This document shows, in pieces, positions 18,620-27,677 of a stretch of 64,000 nucleotides of DNA. The notes below the pieces were generated by a model, which was given only the letters and a program-made list of their open reading frames with translations, did not search any database and was not told the origin of the DNA. The position numbers were made by a program, and so were the translations under genes. Each line of letters starts with the position of its first letter. The first letter of the stretch is position 1. The stretch comes from Bacteroidota bacterium (GTDB taxonomy: Bacteria; Bacteroidota; Bacteroidia; UKL13-3), in contig JAWXAU010000159.1 in assembly GCA_034439655.1 (NCBI GenBank), positions 22,526 through 86,525 on the forward strand, written 5' to 3'.

Positions 18620-19357
18620 ATGACACGAATAGAATTAATTAATCAGATTTTTGATCAAACGGATTTTACAAACTACCTCGAAATAGGTACTGAAAAAGGA
18701 TTTTCTCTATTGCCTATCAAATGCAAAAACAAAATCTCGGTAGACCCTTTTTACAAGATAAAATTGCGTACAAAACTGAAGTGGCTTATTAAAATTCCTG
18801 CTAATTTTAATAACAAATATTTTGAAGAAACAAGTGATGATTTTTTTGATAAAAGAAAAAAAGTATTACAAGATTTTGGCTCAATTGATATCGCATTTTT
18901 AGACGGTCTTCACACCTTCGAAGCTTCGCTAAATGATGTATTAAATTCACTTAAGTATTTAAACCCCAAAGGTATTATAATCATGCACGATTGCTTTCCA
19001 CCCCACAAAGCAGCGGGCTTGCCCACTAGAGATTTCCCCCGTGATGACGAACAACAAGTTGAAGGTTGGACTGGTGAATGGTGCGGTGATGTATGGAAAA
19101 CTATTGTATACCTACGCACCAATTTATCTGAGCATTTGGATGTATGTGTTATCAATACCGATTATGGATTGGGTATTATAAGGATTAAAAGTAAAAATGA
19201 TACCGATTTAAGTATTGATAAAAAATCATTCGATGAAATTGATAAGATGGATTACGATGCTATGATACAAAATGGTGCATCAATGATAGATTTGAAAAAT
19301 GTTGACTACGCAAAGAAAATCATTGAAGAAGTTGCGGCTAACTTTCCAAAAGTTTAA
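18620..19357 (+). CDS. class I SAM-dependent methyltransferase (TylF/MycF / CmcI-like)
   Basis: LEIGTEKGFS (motif I), DIAFLDGLHTFEASLNDV and IIMHDCFP match metal-dependent O-methyltransferase-like class I MTases. Confidence 0.5.
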   Translation: MTRIELINQIFDQTDFTNYLEIGTEKGFSLLPIKCKNKISVDPFYKIKLRTKLKWLIKIPANFNNKYFEETSDDFFDKRKKVLQDFGSIDIAFLDGLHTFEASLNDVLNSLKYLNPKGIIIMHDCFPPHKAAGLPTRDFPRDDEQQVEGWTGEWCGDVWKTIVYLRTNLSEHLDVCVINTDYGLGIIRIKSKNDTDLSIDKKSFDEIDKMDYDAMIQNGASMIDLKNVDYAKKIIEEVAANFPKV

Positions 19358-19754
19358 ACCTTTTGGAAAGTTTAAAAACAGCCCAATGTGTGAATTATGT
19401 AATTATTTAACCTTGTTATGTAATTTTTCTGAGCATCGTGCTGTTCATATTTGCGTATGAATAATTTATTTAGAACTATCATTGCTGGTTATACCGCAAA
19501 AAAATTAGGTGGTGGATGTCTAGGAACCATTATAATTTTTATAATTGTATATATGATGTTGGAACGGTGTTAATACATCGAAACGCTAAAAGGAAAGATT
19601 TCTTTTGTTACAAAGTAATTCCCTAGCTGGCAAGGCGAATGCTTGATTTTAAACGAGATCAAAATGTGGGAATTATGTAATATTTTAAAATGATTATATA
19701 GCATTGCTCTCGCGGTACTATCTCACTTTTGTGTCAAGTATCAATATAAGGATT

Positions 19755-19934
19755 ATGGCAAAAAAAGCAATAGACAAAGTTGAAAAAGTGATGCACGAGT
19801 TCAAGGAAGGCACTTTAAAATCGGGCAAGGAAGGGGACGGTGGGATTGTAAAAAGCAGAAAGCAAGCAATAGCAATTGGGTTAAGCGAAGCAAGGGAAGC
19901 AGGTGCCAATGTACCAAAAAAGAAAAGCAAATAA
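19755..19934 (+). CDS. small conserved stress-associated protein (DUF6496-like)
   Basis: MAKKAIDKVEKVMHEFKEGTLKSGKEGDGGIVKSRKQAIAIGLSEAREAGA resembles the small KGG/DUF6496-type proteins. Start chosen at the internal Met of ORF 19704..19934. Confidence 0.4.
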   Translation: MAKKAIDKVEKVMHEFKEGTLKSGKEGDGGIVKSRKQAIAIGLSEAREAGANVPKKKSK

Positions 19935-20808
19935 TGCTATGCAGAAGACTAACCCGAAGAAAAAACTCTTCAAAAAACAATCGCAGCCCCATCCAGGCAT
20001 GGAATACAAAATGGATCCTTTGCCAATATACGACAATGATTTACTAGGAAGCAACAAACTCTTAAACAAAAAATGTATTATTACTGGAGGAGATAGTGGG
20101 ATAGGAAGAGCAGTGGCTATTGCTTTTGCAAAACAAGGTGCAGACATTGCTATACTTCACCTTGAAAGCGAAAAAAGAGATGCAAATGCTACTGCCAAAT
20201 ATATACAAGAAAAGTATCATAGAAACTGCATTGCTTTGGCCGCTGATATTTCAAAAGAAGGTAATTGTAAAACAGCTATTCACACCCTAATAAAAACATT
20301 TCATAGTATAGATGTATTGGTGAACAATGCTGCCGTGCACTATCCTGTTGATGATATTTTAAAAATTACTACCAAACAATTAATCGAAACTTTTTCGGTA
20401 AACATTTTTTCAATGTTTTGGCTTACAAAAGCTGTGTTGCCATATATGAAGAAAGGTTCTAATATTATCAATACTACCTCGGTAACAGCCTATCGTGGAA
20501 GTGGGGGCCTGTTAGACTATAGTGCCACAAAAGGAGCCATAGTTTCATTTACACGAAGCCTTTCTGCTAATTTAATGGAAAAAGGAATACGGGTGAATGG
20601 TGTATCACCTGGCCCAGTGTGGACGCCTTTGGTACCCGCAAGCTTTTCCTCATCCCAAGTGGAAGTATATGGTACTGATACACCTATGAAACGACCAGCT
20701 CAGCCCTCGGAAATTGCACCTGCTTATGTGTTTTTGGCAAGTGACGATGCCAGTTATATTTCAGGGCAATTTATACATGTTAACGGTGGCGAAATTATAA
20801 ACGGATAA
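19903..20808 (+). CDS. SDR-family oxidoreductase, general-stress-protein-39 (YhxC/YdaD)-like
   Basis: Lys-rich N-terminal tail then PGMEYKMDP...ITGGDSGIGRAVAIAFAKQGADIAI (TGxxxGIG Rossmann motif) and NAAVHYP, as in YhxC-type SDRs. Alternative starts at 19939 or 19999. Confidence 0.75.
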   Translation: MPMYQKRKANNAMQKTNPKKKLFKKQSQPHPGMEYKMDPLPIYDNDLLGSNKLLNKKCIITGGDSGIGRAVAIAFAKQGADIAILHLESEKRDANATAKYIQEKYHRNCIALAADISKEGNCKTAIHTLIKTFHSIDVLVNNAAVHYPVDDILKITTKQLIETFSVNIFSMFWLTKAVLPYMKKGSNIINTTSVTAYRGSGGLLDYSATKGAIVSFTRSLSANLMEKGIRVNGVSPGPVWTPLVPASFSSSQVEVYGTDTPMKRPAQPSEIAPAYVFLASDDASYISGQFIHVNGGEIING

Positions 20809-20821
20809 TATAATAATATAT

Positions 20822-21592
20822 ATGAAAGCAATTTGGAAAGGAGCAATCAATTTTGGACTGGTAAATATACCTGTAAAACTATATAGTGCCACCGAGCAAA
20901 GTAATCTTGATATGGATATGGTTGATAGCAGAGACATGAGTAAAATTCGTTTTCAACGCGTAAATGAAAATACGGGGAAGGAAGTGAAATGGGAAAATAT
21001 AGCAAAAGCATATCTGTTAGATGGTGAGTTTATAATGTTAGAGGACGCTGATTTTGAGCAGGCGGCACCCGAAAAAAGTAAAATAATTGAGGTTAACCAT
21101 TTTATTGATGAAGGTGAAATTGATACCATCTATTTTGAAAATTCATATTATGTGGAACCAGAAAAAAGTGGTGAAAAAGCTTATGCGTTATTGCATGAAG
21201 CTCTCGCAAAATCGGGCAAGGTGGGCATTGCTCAGTTTGTGTTGCGGACAGCAGAAACAATAACCGTATTGAAACCACTTAACAATATTTTAGTATTGAG
21301 TAAAATACGATTTGCACAAGAAATACGAAGTACAGAAGATTTTAACCTCCCTGCAAAATCTGTGGTGAAGCCCGCTGAACTAAAAATGGCCATCTCACTT
21401 ATTGAACAATATACAGAACCTTTCAATATTGAAAAATACAAAGATGAGTATGCCAGCGAACTGCTTAAAGTAATCAAAGCCAAAGCCACAGGCAAGAAAA
21501 TTAGAGGCCCAAAACTAAAAGTAAAATATAATAAAACAGATAACCTCATGGATCAACTCAAAGCTAGTTTATCGAAAAAGAAAGTATCATAA
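20822..21592 (+). CDS. ku: Ku protein (NHEJ DNA end-binding)
   Basis: MKAIWKGAINFGLVNIPVKLYSATE is the classic bacterial Ku N-terminus. 256 aa. Confidence 0.9.
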   Translation: MKAIWKGAINFGLVNIPVKLYSATEQSNLDMDMVDSRDMSKIRFQRVNENTGKEVKWENIAKAYLLDGEFIMLEDADFEQAAPEKSKIIEVNHFIDEGEIDTIYFENSYYVEPEKSGEKAYALLHEALAKSGKVGIAQFVLRTAETITVLKPLNNILVLSKIRFAQEIRSTEDFNLPAKSVVKPAELKMAISLIEQYTEPFNIEKYKDEYASELLKVIKAKATGKKIRGPKLKVKYNKTDNLMDQLKASLSKKKVS

Positions 21593-21596
21593 CACA

Positions 21597-24089
21597 ATGA
21601 GCTTATCACTATATAAAAAGAAAAGGAATTTTGCAAATACACCAGAGCCCGATGCTGCAAAAGGAGTGAAAAAATCGACACTAAGTTTTGTAGTGCAGCG
21701 GCATCATGCCTCTAATTTGCACTATGATTTCAGACTAGAAATGGAAGGCGTACTGAAAAGTTGGGCTGTACCTAAAGGTCCTTCCATGGTAGCTGGGGAG
21801 AAACGCTTGGCAGTGCTCGTAGAAGACCATCCATTACCTTACGGAAAGTTTTATGGAGAAATACCAAAAGGAAATTACGGGGCGGGCACTGTAGAAATAT
21901 GGGATGCAGGAACCTATCGCACTATTGAAGAAAGTAGTAATGAAGAAAAAACATTGCTGGCACAGTTATATAAAGGGGATGTGAAATTTATAATAAACGG
22001 CAATTATTTACAAGGTGAATTTGCATTGGTACGTATGAATGATGGTGAAAGAAAAAATTGGTTATTGATCAAAAAAAAAGATGGATTTGCACAAAATAAT
22101 TTTAATATAGAATCATTGCCGCCATTAAAATCAACCAATAAAAAAAAAGTAAAACCTGGCAGCAAGAATATAGCAGTGCCTAAAAAAGCACAACCTCTAA
22201 AAGAGGACCCATTCCCAACAGAAGTTATTAAACCAATGTTGGCAAAACTTGGCGAGACCGTAATAGACGATACAGATTGGCTCTATGAAGTAAAGTACGA
22301 TGGTTATAGGGCAATCGCCAAAATAAATAATGGTAAGGTGGAAATGTTTTCACGCAATGGTAATAATTTCACCAACACTTACCAACTATTGGTAAGTGAA
22401 TTGGCAACCATTCAAGAAAATATTATTTTGGATGGTGAAATGGTCATAGAAAATAAAAAAGGGGTAAGCGATTTTCAATTATTGCAAAACTATAGTAAAA
22501 CCAAACAAGGAGTATTAAAGTATTATATATTTGATTTGCTTTATTTGAATGGCCATAGTACCGTTTCGTTAACCTTAAAAGAAAGAAAAGAACTGCTTGA
22601 AATGTTCTTTAAGAATTATAATTTTAAGAACATTTACAATTCCGCTTTTCAAATCGGCGATGGTAAAACTTTGTTCAACAAACTTTCTGTGAAGGGTTAC
22701 GAGGGAATCATTGCAAAAGACCCCGATAGTAGGTACCTACTAGGTAGACGTAGTGAAGCATGGTTAAAAATAAAAGTGACTATGATGCAAGAAGTTGTTA
22801 TATGTGGGTACACATTGCCACAAAATAGTCGTAAATATTTTGGTTCACTTATACTGGGATTATATGATGGCAAAGTACTAAAATATATTGGAAATTGTGG
22901 TACTGGATTTACAGAAGTTTCGCTTAAGGAATTGCATACTTTTTTTGAGAAATTAAAAACCACAGAATGTCCCTTTATTATTCAACCAAAACTTGCAGGT
23001 ACAAAAGGCAAGCCCGTATGGCTAAAACCTAATTTAGTATGTAATGTCAAATTTTCTGAATGGACACAGAATGAGCACATGCGAGTACCTGTTTTTATGG
23101 GTATTCGCACCGATAAAAAAGCGGAGGAAGTTATTAATGAAACTATAAAAACAACAGAAAAAACTAACAGCCAATCCGAAAAAGAAAAAACCATAATTAT
23201 AGCAGGCAAAAAAGTAAAGTGTACTAATATAACAAAAGTATACTGGCCTGAGCAAGGTTATACCAAAGGCGATTTACTTAATTATTATCAAACAATTTAT
23301 AAATACCTGCTGCCGTACTTAAAAAACAGGCCGCAATCATTAAATAGGCACCCTAACGGGATTACAGGCCATAATTTTTACCAAAAAGATATGGAAGTAA
23401 AGCAATTGCCTGATTGGATTAAAACGGTAAAGTTGTATTCAAAATCGAACAACTCATATATTAACTATTTACTGTGCAATGATGCAGCCACCCTTATTTT
23501 AATGGCCAATATGGGCTGCATAGAAATCAACCCATGGCATAGCACCTTTATGAATGTAGATGAACCTGATTATATGATCCTTGATTTAGACCCGGGTAAT
23601 ATTTCATTTGTGGATGTAGTTGATACTGCTTTGGTGATACAAGAAATATGTACTGAAATACAAATTCCTTCTTATTGTAAAACAAGTGGTGCCACGGGTT
23701 TACATATTTATATTCCACTGGGAGCCAAATATAATTACGCCGAAGTAAAAATATTTGCAGAATTATTAGCGGTTATTACTCACAGCAGGCTACCACATAC
23801 TACAAGTATTGAACGTTCAGTGGCAAAACGTCCAGATAAAATATATATAGATTTTTTACAAAACAGGAAAGGGCAAACAATAGCAGCCCCCTACAGTATT
23901 CGTCCCAAAAATTTTGCAACTGTTTCTACCCCGCTTTTATGGAAAGAAGTGAATCATAAATTAACGCCTGAAAAGTTCACGATAAAAAATACAGAAAAGC
24001 GATTGCAAAAAATGGGAGATTTGTGGCAGCCTGTTTTAAAAAAAGGGATCATACTTGCCAAAGCACTGAAATTAATCGAGAAGTTATAA
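21597..24089 (+). CDS. ligD: ATP-dependent DNA ligase LigD (phosphoesterase - ligase - polymerase domain order)
   Basis: N-terminal FVVQRHHASNLHYDFRLEMEGVLKSWAVPKGPS (3'-phosphoesterase). EVKYDGYRA adenylation lysine motif. C-terminal primase-polymerase domain. 830 aa. Confidence 0.9.
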   Translation: MSLSLYKKKRNFANTPEPDAAKGVKKSTLSFVVQRHHASNLHYDFRLEMEGVLKSWAVPKGPSMVAGEKRLAVLVEDHPLPYGKFYGEIPKGNYGAGTVEIWDAGTYRTIEESSNEEKTLLAQLYKGDVKFIINGNYLQGEFALVRMNDGERKNWLLIKKKDGFAQNNFNIESLPPLKSTNKKKVKPGSKNIAVPKKAQPLKEDPFPTEVIKPMLAKLGETVIDDTDWLYEVKYDGYRAIAKINNGKVEMFSRNGNNFTNTYQLLVSELATIQENIILDGEMVIENKKGVSDFQLLQNYSKTKQGVLKYYIFDLLYLNGHSTVSLTLKERKELLEMFFKNYNFKNIYNSAFQIGDGKTLFNKLSVKGYEGIIAKDPDSRYLLGRRSEAWLKIKVTMMQEVVICGYTLPQNSRKYFGSLILGLYDGKVLKYIGNCGTGFTEVSLKELHTFFEKLKTTECPFIIQPKLAGTKGKPVWLKPNLVCNVKFSEWTQNEHMRVPVFMGIRTDKKAEEVINETIKTTEKTNSQSEKEKTIIIAGKKVKCTNITKVYWPEQGYTKGDLLNYYQTIYKYLLPYLKNRPQSLNRHPNGITGHNFYQKDMEVKQLPDWIKTVKLYSKSNNSYINYLLCNDAATLILMANMGCIEINPWHSTFMNVDEPDYMILDLDPGNISFVDVVDTALVIQEICTEIQIPSYCKTSGATGLHIYIPLGAKYNYAEVKIFAELLAVITHSRLPHTTSIERSVAKRPDKIYIDFLQNRKGQTIAAPYSIRPKNFATVSTPLLWKEVNHKLTPEKFTIKNTEKRLQKMGDLWQPVLKKGIILAKALKLIEKL

Positions 24090-24119
24090 ATTACTATATA
24101 GTTTTGAATAGCAATTGTA

Positions 24120-24992
24120 TTATAATACATTCAACACTTGTTCCTTCACTTTCTCTAGTTCATCCTTCATTCCCACCACCAGTTGTTGTATTTCAAAATG
24201 GTTTGCTTTGCTACCCATTGTATTTATTTCGCGTAGCATCTCTTGGGCAATAAAACCAAGCTTCTTCCCTGATTCGGCTTCATCAATATTTTGTAAAAAA
24301 TAATTTAAGTGTTGTTGCAAACGTGTTTTTTCTTCTGCAATATCTAGCTTTTCTATATAATATATAATCTCTTGCTCCAAGCGGTTATTGTCTATATTCT
24401 CGGGCAATATATATTTGTTGAGTTGTGTTTGTATTTTTTCTCTTACGGCAATTAATCGGGCTGGCTCAAAAGTAGCAACTTTATCCAATTTTTGTTGAAG
24501 GTTATTGATACACTCTTTCAAATGGTTCTCGATAGTTTTTCCTTCATCAGCCCTAAAAATATTGAGACTGGCACATGCTTCCAAAATTAATTTTTCGGTG
24601 AGAATCCAATCTTGCTCAGCAAGTTCACGGTCGTTGGGCACTAGCACTTCGGGCAAAGTGAGTACTTGGTTATATATACCTTTGGCTTCAAAATTCATAT
24701 TTTTGGTTGCCTCTCGTATCTCTTTTATATAATTTGCCAGTACCGCCCCATTAATGGTATTTGCAAGCGATGCTTCCGATTTATATTGCCAAGTTATATT
24801 GCATTGTATGGTGCCACGCACTATTTGTTGGTTCAACATATTCCGTACTTGCAATTCTTTGGAAGAAAGCAAGCGAGGCAACCTGAGGTTAAATTCTGCG
24901 AACTTCCCGTTGAGGGTTTTAATCTCTACTTTGGCATGTAGTTTTTCGCTTTCGAACCTAGCAAGGCCATATCCAGTCATGGATTTTATCAT
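24120..24992 (-). CDS. yicC: YicC/YloC-family stress-induced protein
   Basis: MIKSMTGYGLA N-terminus (YicC_N) and coiled-coil C-terminal region. 290 aa. Confidence 0.8.
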   Translation of the reverse strand: MIKSMTGYGLARFESEKLHAKVEIKTLNGKFAEFNLRLPRLLSSKELQVRNMLNQQIVRGTIQCNITWQYKSEASLANTINGAVLANYIKEIREATKNMNFEAKGIYNQVLTLPEVLVPNDRELAEQDWILTEKLILEACASLNIFRADEGKTIENHLKECINNLQQKLDKVATFEPARLIAVREKIQTQLNKYILPENIDNNRLEQEIIYYIEKLDIAEEKTRLQQHLNYFLQNIDEAESGKKLGFIAQEMLREINTMGSKANHFEIQQLVVGMKDELEKVKEQVLNVL

Positions 24993-25894
24993 ACTGTAGC
25001 TTTTTTATATAATTTATTATTTACCAAAAACACTCCTGCAAAAATAAGTAAGGTATACCCTGCTTTTTCTAGCGTCATTTTATCTTCTCCAGCCATTTCT
25101 GCAAGTAAGGTGGTCAATACTGGCTGCAAATATATATAACTTCCCACCAAACTAGAACTTCCATGCCTTAATGACCATGCATTGAGCAGATAGGTAACAA
25201 AGGAAGAAGCTATAATAATAAATGCGATATATATCCAGATTTGTGAAGGGATTTGTTCCCATTTTACTTCAGAAATTTCAACAAGGCCAAAGGGCAACAC
25301 AAATATACTTCCATATAGAAATGTCCATTTAGAAACTGTGATGGGATTGTATTTCGACATTAAAGGACGGGAGTATACCAAATAGAAAGAATATATAATA
25401 GCATTTATTGTTATCATTAAATCGCCGGCTGCTGTTTCGCTGCTGAATTTTAAATCGGGACCAGCTATTAATAAAGTAGCACCTGTGGTGGCAATTAATA
25501 CACCTGCTAGTTTGCCTAATGTGAGCTTCTCTGTTCCATATATAGCGGCCACTATCACCACAAATATGGGTGTACAAGTCATTAAAACCGCACCATTGAT
25601 AGGCACTGTATTGGCAAGCCCTTTAAAGAACAATAACATATTTGCCCCAACCCCAAACACGCTGCAAATAATAAATTTGATATGGTCTTTTTTGTCAACT
25701 ATTTTTTCCTTAACAAATAACTGGTGAATTAAGAGATATAATAATGCTGATACGGAAACTCGCAACAAAATGAAACCAAAAGGATGAATATATACATTCA
25801 TTACCTTGCGGGCAATAATAAATGTAACGGCATATATAAGTGCTACAACAAATAAGGCCAAGTGGACTTTTATAGAAGTGCTTTTAGAAATCAA
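24989..25894 (-). CDS. DMT-superfamily (EamA) transporter
   Basis: 10-TM pattern, two EamA-like halves. 301 aa. 4-bp overlap with yicC. Confidence 0.7.
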   Translation of the reverse strand: MISKSTSIKVHLALFVVALIYAVTFIIARKVMNVYIHPFGFILLRVSVSALLYLLIHQLFVKEKIVDKKDHIKFIICSVFGVGANMLLFFKGLANTVPINGAVLMTCTPIFVVIVAAIYGTEKLTLGKLAGVLIATTGATLLIAGPDLKFSSETAAGDLMITINAIIYSFYLVYSRPLMSKYNPITVSKWTFLYGSIFVLPFGLVEISEVKWEQIPSQIWIYIAFIIIASSFVTYLLNAWSLRHGSSSLVGSYIYLQPVLTTLLAEMAGEDKMTLEKAGYTLLIFAGVFLVNNKLYKKATV

Positions 25895-25923
25895 GCCACG
25901 AAAATCGGTGAAAATTCGTATAA

Positions 25924-26024
25924 AATACCATTTCTTAAACTATAATAGTTCTACGCCAACGGCGGATTTCCGTATTAGAATGGTAATGCCGAACTACATC
26001 CCGAAAGCCCTTTCGGTATAATAC
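25924..26024. repeat. interspersed repeat element, copy B (short form)
   Basis: ttcttaaactataatagttctacgccaacggcggatttccgtattagaatggtaatgccgaactacatcccgaaagcc matches copies A/C/D, with a compensatory-looking change in the hairpin (cgccaacggcg versus ccgcctgtggcgg). Confidence 0.75.
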
Positions 26025-26058
26025 CAAAACCCTTGTGTATGTTTTTATTTGGTGGTGA

Positions 26059-26088
26059 TATCGGGCGTTCGCCGCGACGAACACCCGA
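26059..26088 (-). terminator. GC-rich hairpin downstream of ppx/gppA (putative intrinsic terminator)
   Basis: atcgggcgttcg-ccgcg-acgaacacccgat near-perfect inverted repeat placed 9 nt after the stop of the minus-strand gene. Confidence 0.4.
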
Positions 26089-26096
26089 TTCTTAAA

Positions 26097-26984
26097 TTAC
26101 AAAATAGCTTTATCAGTTACAAACTCATCAACCAGTTCTTTGATGATGCCGTCTTTGAGACCCACATTGGGGGCATATATTTTTTTGATGCCTGCCCATT
26201 TCATGATGGAAAGATATATTTTCAAAGCAGGCTCTATCACATCTGCTCGGTCAGGATTTAGCTTTAATTTATAGATACGCTCTTTCATGGTATGGTCTTT
26301 AATCATATTGCTTAAAGATTTCAACTTTTCAAAACTGACTGAATCACGGTCGCCAATACCCAGCATACGCAGCGATTTATTGATATTCCCTCCTGTTCCG
26401 ACTGCCATAAGCGATTTCAAATTTTTTGAATTAGATACAACCCAATTATGCATTTTGTCCCATTCTTCATCAGTTACATTGCCATATAATAAACGAACCG
26501 TACCAATATTGAACGACTGAGAATATACAGGTTCACGGTCATGGATAATCGTAATTTCAGTACTGCCGCCACCTACATCAATATTTAAAAAATCGCCATC
26601 CTTAGGGAAGAAGTCCATGACAGACTCTAAAATTAACTTTGATTCTTCATTGCCATCAATGATTTCTATATGGATACCTGTTTCCTTTTCGATACGTTCC
26701 ACAACCTCTCGTCCATTTTTAGAATCACGCATGGCCGATGTGGCACAAGCCCTATAATGCGATACATGGTGTACCTCCATTAACAGTGCAAATGACTGTA
26801 TGGTTTTAAGTAATTGGACTTCTTTTACCTCCCCAATAAACTTTTGACTGAACACATCATCGCCCAAACGGAGAGGTACACGGATAAATTCGGCACGCTT
26901 CAATTGTGTGCTACCGTTTTGCATTACCCTGTTAATGATAAGCCTGACGGCGTTTGAGCCAATATCTATGCCTGCAAGTTTCAA
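26097..26984 (-). CDS. Ppx/GppA-family phosphatase (exopolyphosphatase / guanosine pentaphosphate phosphohydrolase)
   Basis: MKLAGIDIGSNAVRLII (actin-like ATPase fold start typical of Ppx/GppA). 295 aa. Confidence 0.8.
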   Translation of the reverse strand: MKLAGIDIGSNAVRLIINRVMQNGSTQLKRAEFIRVPLRLGDDVFSQKFIGEVKEVQLLKTIQSFALLMEVHHVSHYRACATSAMRDSKNGREVVERIEKETGIHIEIIDGNEESKLILESVMDFFPKDGDFLNIDVGGGSTEITIIHDREPVYSQSFNIGTVRLLYGNVTDEEWDKMHNWVVSNSKNLKSLMAVGTGGNINKSLRMLGIGDRDSVSFEKLKSLSNMIKDHTMKERIYKLKLNPDRADVIEPALKIYLSIMKWAGIKKIYAPNVGLKDGIIKELVDEFVTDKAIL

Positions 26985-27135
26985 ATTATATATGATGAAA
27001 ATATGAACTGCAAAAATGGTTGATATATGTTAAATCTATGTGAACAAACTATCAACGGATTTTGGGCCTCTAAGGGTTTTATTATTTGTCGCCGAGCAGA
27101 TAAGATGTAAACCATTGAATGATTTATCGAAATCT

Positions 27136-27576
27136 TCAGAGCGTTTTTTCAAAAACTAAACCCAATACAAAAGCAGCATTTATTACTAAAAAGATAATAC
27201 CAATGTTATTAAAATAATATAATTTGTTGAGTGGGTCCTTTATTTTATAAATACCCCAAACTCCTATAATTAATAAAAACAAGCATATTAATAACCCGGC
27301 TAGTTCAAAAGCAAAAGGCAATGCAACACTAGGGAACCAAAGAGTCAAATATAATAATAATAGACTTCTTTGTACTTGCTTTATATTGGGGTTTTCTATA
27401 TTCCTAAGTGATATTATTGCTGCTACAATAAAAGGAATACTGGTAAATAAATTCACTGCGATTAACCAATCTCCCCATGCAAAAGGATTGAAAAAATAAT
27501 AGCTTACTAAAGTTATAGATACCGAAGCTAACCCTGTAATATTAATCCAACTTATAATTTTTACCGACAGCTTCAT
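27136..27576 (-). CDS. hypothetical integral membrane protein (4 TM)
   Basis: Hydrophobicity pattern only. Confidence 0.3.
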   Translation of the reverse strand: MKLSVKIISWINITGLASVSITLVSYYFFNPFAWGDWLIAVNLFTSIPFIVAAIISLRNIENPNIKQVQRSLLLLYLTLWFPSVALPFAFELAGLLICLFLLIIGVWGIYKIKDPLNKLYYFNNIGIIFLVINAAFVLGLVFEKTL

Positions 27577-27677
27577 TTTTCAGTAGTCAAATAGTTTATA
27601 ACTTTTACGTGATTAGAATTTATATAATACTATAATCAGCTACAAATACTGCAAACTACAAGCTCTCAGCTGTCAAC

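Noticed and set aside
26097-26984. Calling Ppx/GppA specifically as exopolyphosphatase
   Set aside because: Ppx and GppA cannot be distinguished from the N-terminal motif alone, and 295 aa is short (Ppx/GppA N-domain only). Left at family level.
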